The notes beneath the pieces are model-generated. The model saw only the letters and a list, made by a program, of their open reading frames with translations, made no database searches and was not told the origin of the DNA. Position numbers and translations under genes: made by a program. Of a stretch of DNA of 39,101 bases, positions 36,878 to 39,101 are shown one piece after another. Numbering within the stretch: the stretch's first letter is position 1; each line of letters begins with the position of its first letter. The DNA lies in assembly GCA_016214325.1 (NCBI GenBank), contig JACROS010000080.1, positions 1 to 39,101 of the forward strand, written 5' to 3'. This stretch comes from Candidatus Omnitrophota bacterium. GTDB lineage: Bacteria > Omnitrophota > Gorgyraeia > Gygaellales > Profunditerraquicolaceae.

Positions 36878-38038
36878 ATGACTATTGTTAAAAAGATTAT
36901 TGTTATTGGAGGTGGGCCGGCAGGGATGATGGCTGCAATTCGCGCCGGCCAACTGCACCAGCAAGTTGTTCTTCTTGAGAAAAATGCTGGTTTAGGAAAG
37001 AAGCTTCTTTTAAGCGGAAAGGGTAGATGCAATTTAACTAATGCCTGTAGTCTTGAGGAGTTTTTGGCGCGTTTTTCTAAAAACGGGCAGTTTTTAAGGG
37101 ATGCTTTTAAGAAATTCTTCAACCAGGACTTGATGAATTTCTTTGAAGAAAGAGGCTTGCCTGTAAAAGTAGAAAGGCAAATGCGGGTGTTTCCCGTATC
37201 GGACAGATCAGCTAGTGTTCTTGAGGTTCTGGAAAAAGAATTAATTAAGAATAAAGTGGAGATAATTTTTAAGGCTAAAATAAAGAACTTATCTATTGTA
37301 GACAATAAGGTTAGGGGTTTGTATTTGGCTGGGGATGAGTTTATCTTGGCTGATAGAATAATTATTGCTACCGGAGGGATTTCTTTTGCGATTACCGGGT
37401 CTACGGGTGATGGTTTTGAATTTGCGCGTAAACTTGGGCATGCGGTTACAGCGCTTGCTCCGGGAAATAGAGAGATTGTTTCTGAAATCGGAGAATTGTT
37501 GTTTACTTTTTTTGGGATTTCCGGCCCGTTGGTTTTAACTTTAAGCGGCAAGATAGTTAATTGGTTAAATGAAAATAAAAAAGTTTATGCCCAGATAGAT
37601 TTAAAGCCTGGATTATCAAAAGAGCAATTGAATAATCGTTTATTGCGTGAATTTAGCGCGAATCCGAGGAAAAATATAAAGAATGTGTTAAAAGGATTGC
37701 TGCCCTTAAGGCTTGTGGATGTTTTTCTTGAAATTGCAAAGATTAATCCTGAGATCAGGGTAAATCAAATTAGCCGGCAGGCGCGCGAAGGAATAGTTGA
37801 TCTTTTAAAAGCTTTTCGGCTTGATATTGCAGGTTCGCTTCCTCTTGAGGAGGCAATGGTTACGCAAGGAGGAGTTTCTTTAAAAGAAATAAATCCGCGC
37901 ACCATGGAATCTCGCAAAATAAAAGGATTATATTTTGCCGGCGAGATGATTGATGTGGATGCTGATACTGGCGGGTTTAATTTGCAGGCGGCATTTTCTA
38001 CTGGTTATTTAGCAGGAGAAAGTGCTGCATTATCATGA
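36878..38038 (+). CDS. HI0933/BaiN/YhiN-family flavoprotein with an apparent in-frame internal deletion near 37465
   Basis: GGGPAGMMAA, GKKLLLSGKGRCNLTN, ATGG, GELLFT..GISGP, VTQGGV, GEMIDVDADTGGFNLQAAFSTG. Confidence 0.92.
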   Translation: MTIVKKIIVIGGGPAGMMAAIRAGQLHQQVVLLEKNAGLGKKLLLSGKGRCNLTNACSLEEFLARFSKNGQFLRDAFKKFFNQDLMNFFEERGLPVKVERQMRVFPVSDRSASVLEVLEKELIKNKVEIIFKAKIKNLSIVDNKVRGLYLAGDEFILADRIIIATGGISFAITGSTGDGFEFARKLGHAVTALAPGNREIVSEIGELLFTFFGISGPLVLTLSGKIVNWLNENKKVYAQIDLKPGLSKEQLNNRLLREFSANPRKNIKNVLKGLLPLRLVDVFLEIAKINPEIRVNQISRQAREGIVDLLKAFRLDIAGSLPLEEAMVTQGGVSLKEINPRTMESRKIKGLYFAGEMIDVDADTGGFNLQAAFSTGYLAGESAALS

Positions 38039-39101
38039 GAAAAATATATTTGGCAAGTGATTCAAAGGCACGCAGGAAACTATTTCGGATTTTTGGTTTA
38101 AAGTTTCAGGTGATTCCGAGTAAAGTTGAAGAGAAGATGCATCCGGAGAAAATGTCTTATGCCGCATTAGCCAAGCACAACGCGCTTTTAAAGGCTAAGG
38201 CAGTTAGCCAAAAAATAAGAACTGGTGTTGTTGTTGCTGCAGATACAATTATTGTGCAGGATGGTAAAGTATTCGGGAAACCGAGTTCAATAAAGAATGC
38301 CAATTCCATGCTTAAGAATCTTTCACAAAAGCCACAGCATCTTTATACGGGTTTGGCAGTAATTGACACGGATAATCAGAAAATAAAAGTTGCAGTTGAA
38401 AAGACTAAAATTTATATGGATAAATTAAGCAGCTCCGAAATAAAAAATTATTTTAAAAATGTTTCTCCTCTGGATAAGGCGGGAAGTTTTGATATCCAAG
38501 GTCAGGGAGCGTTTTTTATCCGTCGGATTGAAGGTTGTTTTTATAATGTGGTGGGTTTACCGCTACGCCGGTTGTATCTTATGTTTAAGGAATTGGGGAT
38601 AAAAGTGTTTATGTTGTTGGTTTGCGGGTTGTGGTTTACGACATGTGTGTTTATTTCTGGATGCTCTACTGAATATAATATTGTTACTGGCCAGGAAGAA
38701 ACCTATTATTATTCTACTGATAGCGAGGAGAAAATGGGCCAGGCAATTGCCAAGCAGGTTGAAAAAGAATACAAAATGACTAATGACCCTTTGGTGCAAA
38801 AGCGGGTTGAAGATATTGGCAAGAAAATTGCTGCAGTTTGTGACAGAAAAGAAATTGATTATAAATTTAATGTGATAGAAGACGAAGAAGTAAATGCTGT
38901 TTCGCTTCCCGGCGGGTATGTTTATGTGAATAAGGGGCTGGTTGATAAAGTTGCCAATGACGACGAGCTGGCTGCGGTTTTAGCTCATGAAATTGGTCAC
39001 GTAGTTGCCCGCCACAGCATAAAGAAACTCCAGGCAATGCAGGCATATTCTGTATTAAGGATATTAATTGCCGCGGCGCCCGGTTCAGGTAATGCAGGCA
39101 A
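38035..39101 (+). CDS. maf: Maf-family nucleotide pyrophosphatase fused in frame to an M48 metallopeptidase; 3'-partial
   Basis: Hand translation from ATG 38035 (ATGA overlap): IYLASDSKARR, AADT, GKP, DKAGSFDIQG, NVVGLP; no stop; hydrophobic segment ending ISGC; NAVSLPGG, LAAVLAHEIGH (38986-39000). Absent from the ORF track because it runs off the window. Confidence 0.88.
   Translation, partial: MRKIYLASDSKARRKLFRIFGLKFQVIPSKVEEKMHPEKMSYAALAKHNALLKAKAVSQKIRTGVVVAADTIIVQDGKVFGKPSSIKNANSMLKNLSQKPQHLYTGLAVIDTDNQKIKVAVEKTKIYMDKLSSSEIKNYFKNVSPLDKAGSFDIQGQGAFFIRRIEGCFYNVVGLPLRRLYLMFKELGIKVFMLLVCGLWFTTCVFISGCSTEYNIVTGQEETYYYSTDSEEKMGQAIAKQVEKEYKMTNDPLVQKRVEDIGKKIAAVCDRKEIDYKFNVIEDEEVNAVSLPGGYVYVNKGLVDKVANDDELAAVLAHEIGHVVARHSIKKLQAMQAYSVLRILIAAAPGSGNAG

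Noticed and set aside
36778-37551. 257-aa minus-strand ORF and the many other short antisense or nested ORFs in the track
   Set aside because: They shadow well-supported genes and have no recognisable motifs.
1-39101. CRISPR array, tRNA, rRNA, T-box before cysE/cysS/metG
   Set aside because: No regularly spaced repeats or cloverleaf seen; intergenic gaps before these genes are only a few bases.

Overview
AT-rich bacterial chromosomal window from a diderm (mlaFED, lptFG). The gene set and protein style suggest Candidatus Omnitrophota/PVC; this is an impression, not a computed result. 1-20154 is a dense + strand housekeeping run (clpC, mlaE/F/D, radA, PIN-TRAM, ispD/F, cysE/S, tmk, holB, PSP1, metG, tatD, DUF362 Fe-S, TPR, mtnA, thiL, tsaE/B, alr). 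It meets a convergent comF-lptF-lptG operon. 23261-35883 is an accessory island: HTH_17 regulator, a type II FAS/PKS-like set (catalytically dead KS, FabZ, KS, ACP, atypical KS), two nucleotidyltransferase toxin-antitoxin modules, a CrtI-like flavoprotein, a multi-TM/GAF histidine kinase, a single-domain receiver, and a protein fusing two DHp-like helical repeats to an acyl carrier domain. This island is the best candidate for an undescribed lipid-signalling system. After it come pyrE, a GIY-YIG gene bracketed by bipartite inverted repeats, a HI0933/BaiN flavoprotein and an in-frame Maf-M48 peptidase fusion missed by the ORF track. There is also a 165-bp GC-rich MITE-like element, and five genes carry apparent internal deletions that may be sequence artefacts. 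No rRNA, tRNA or CRISPR array was seen.
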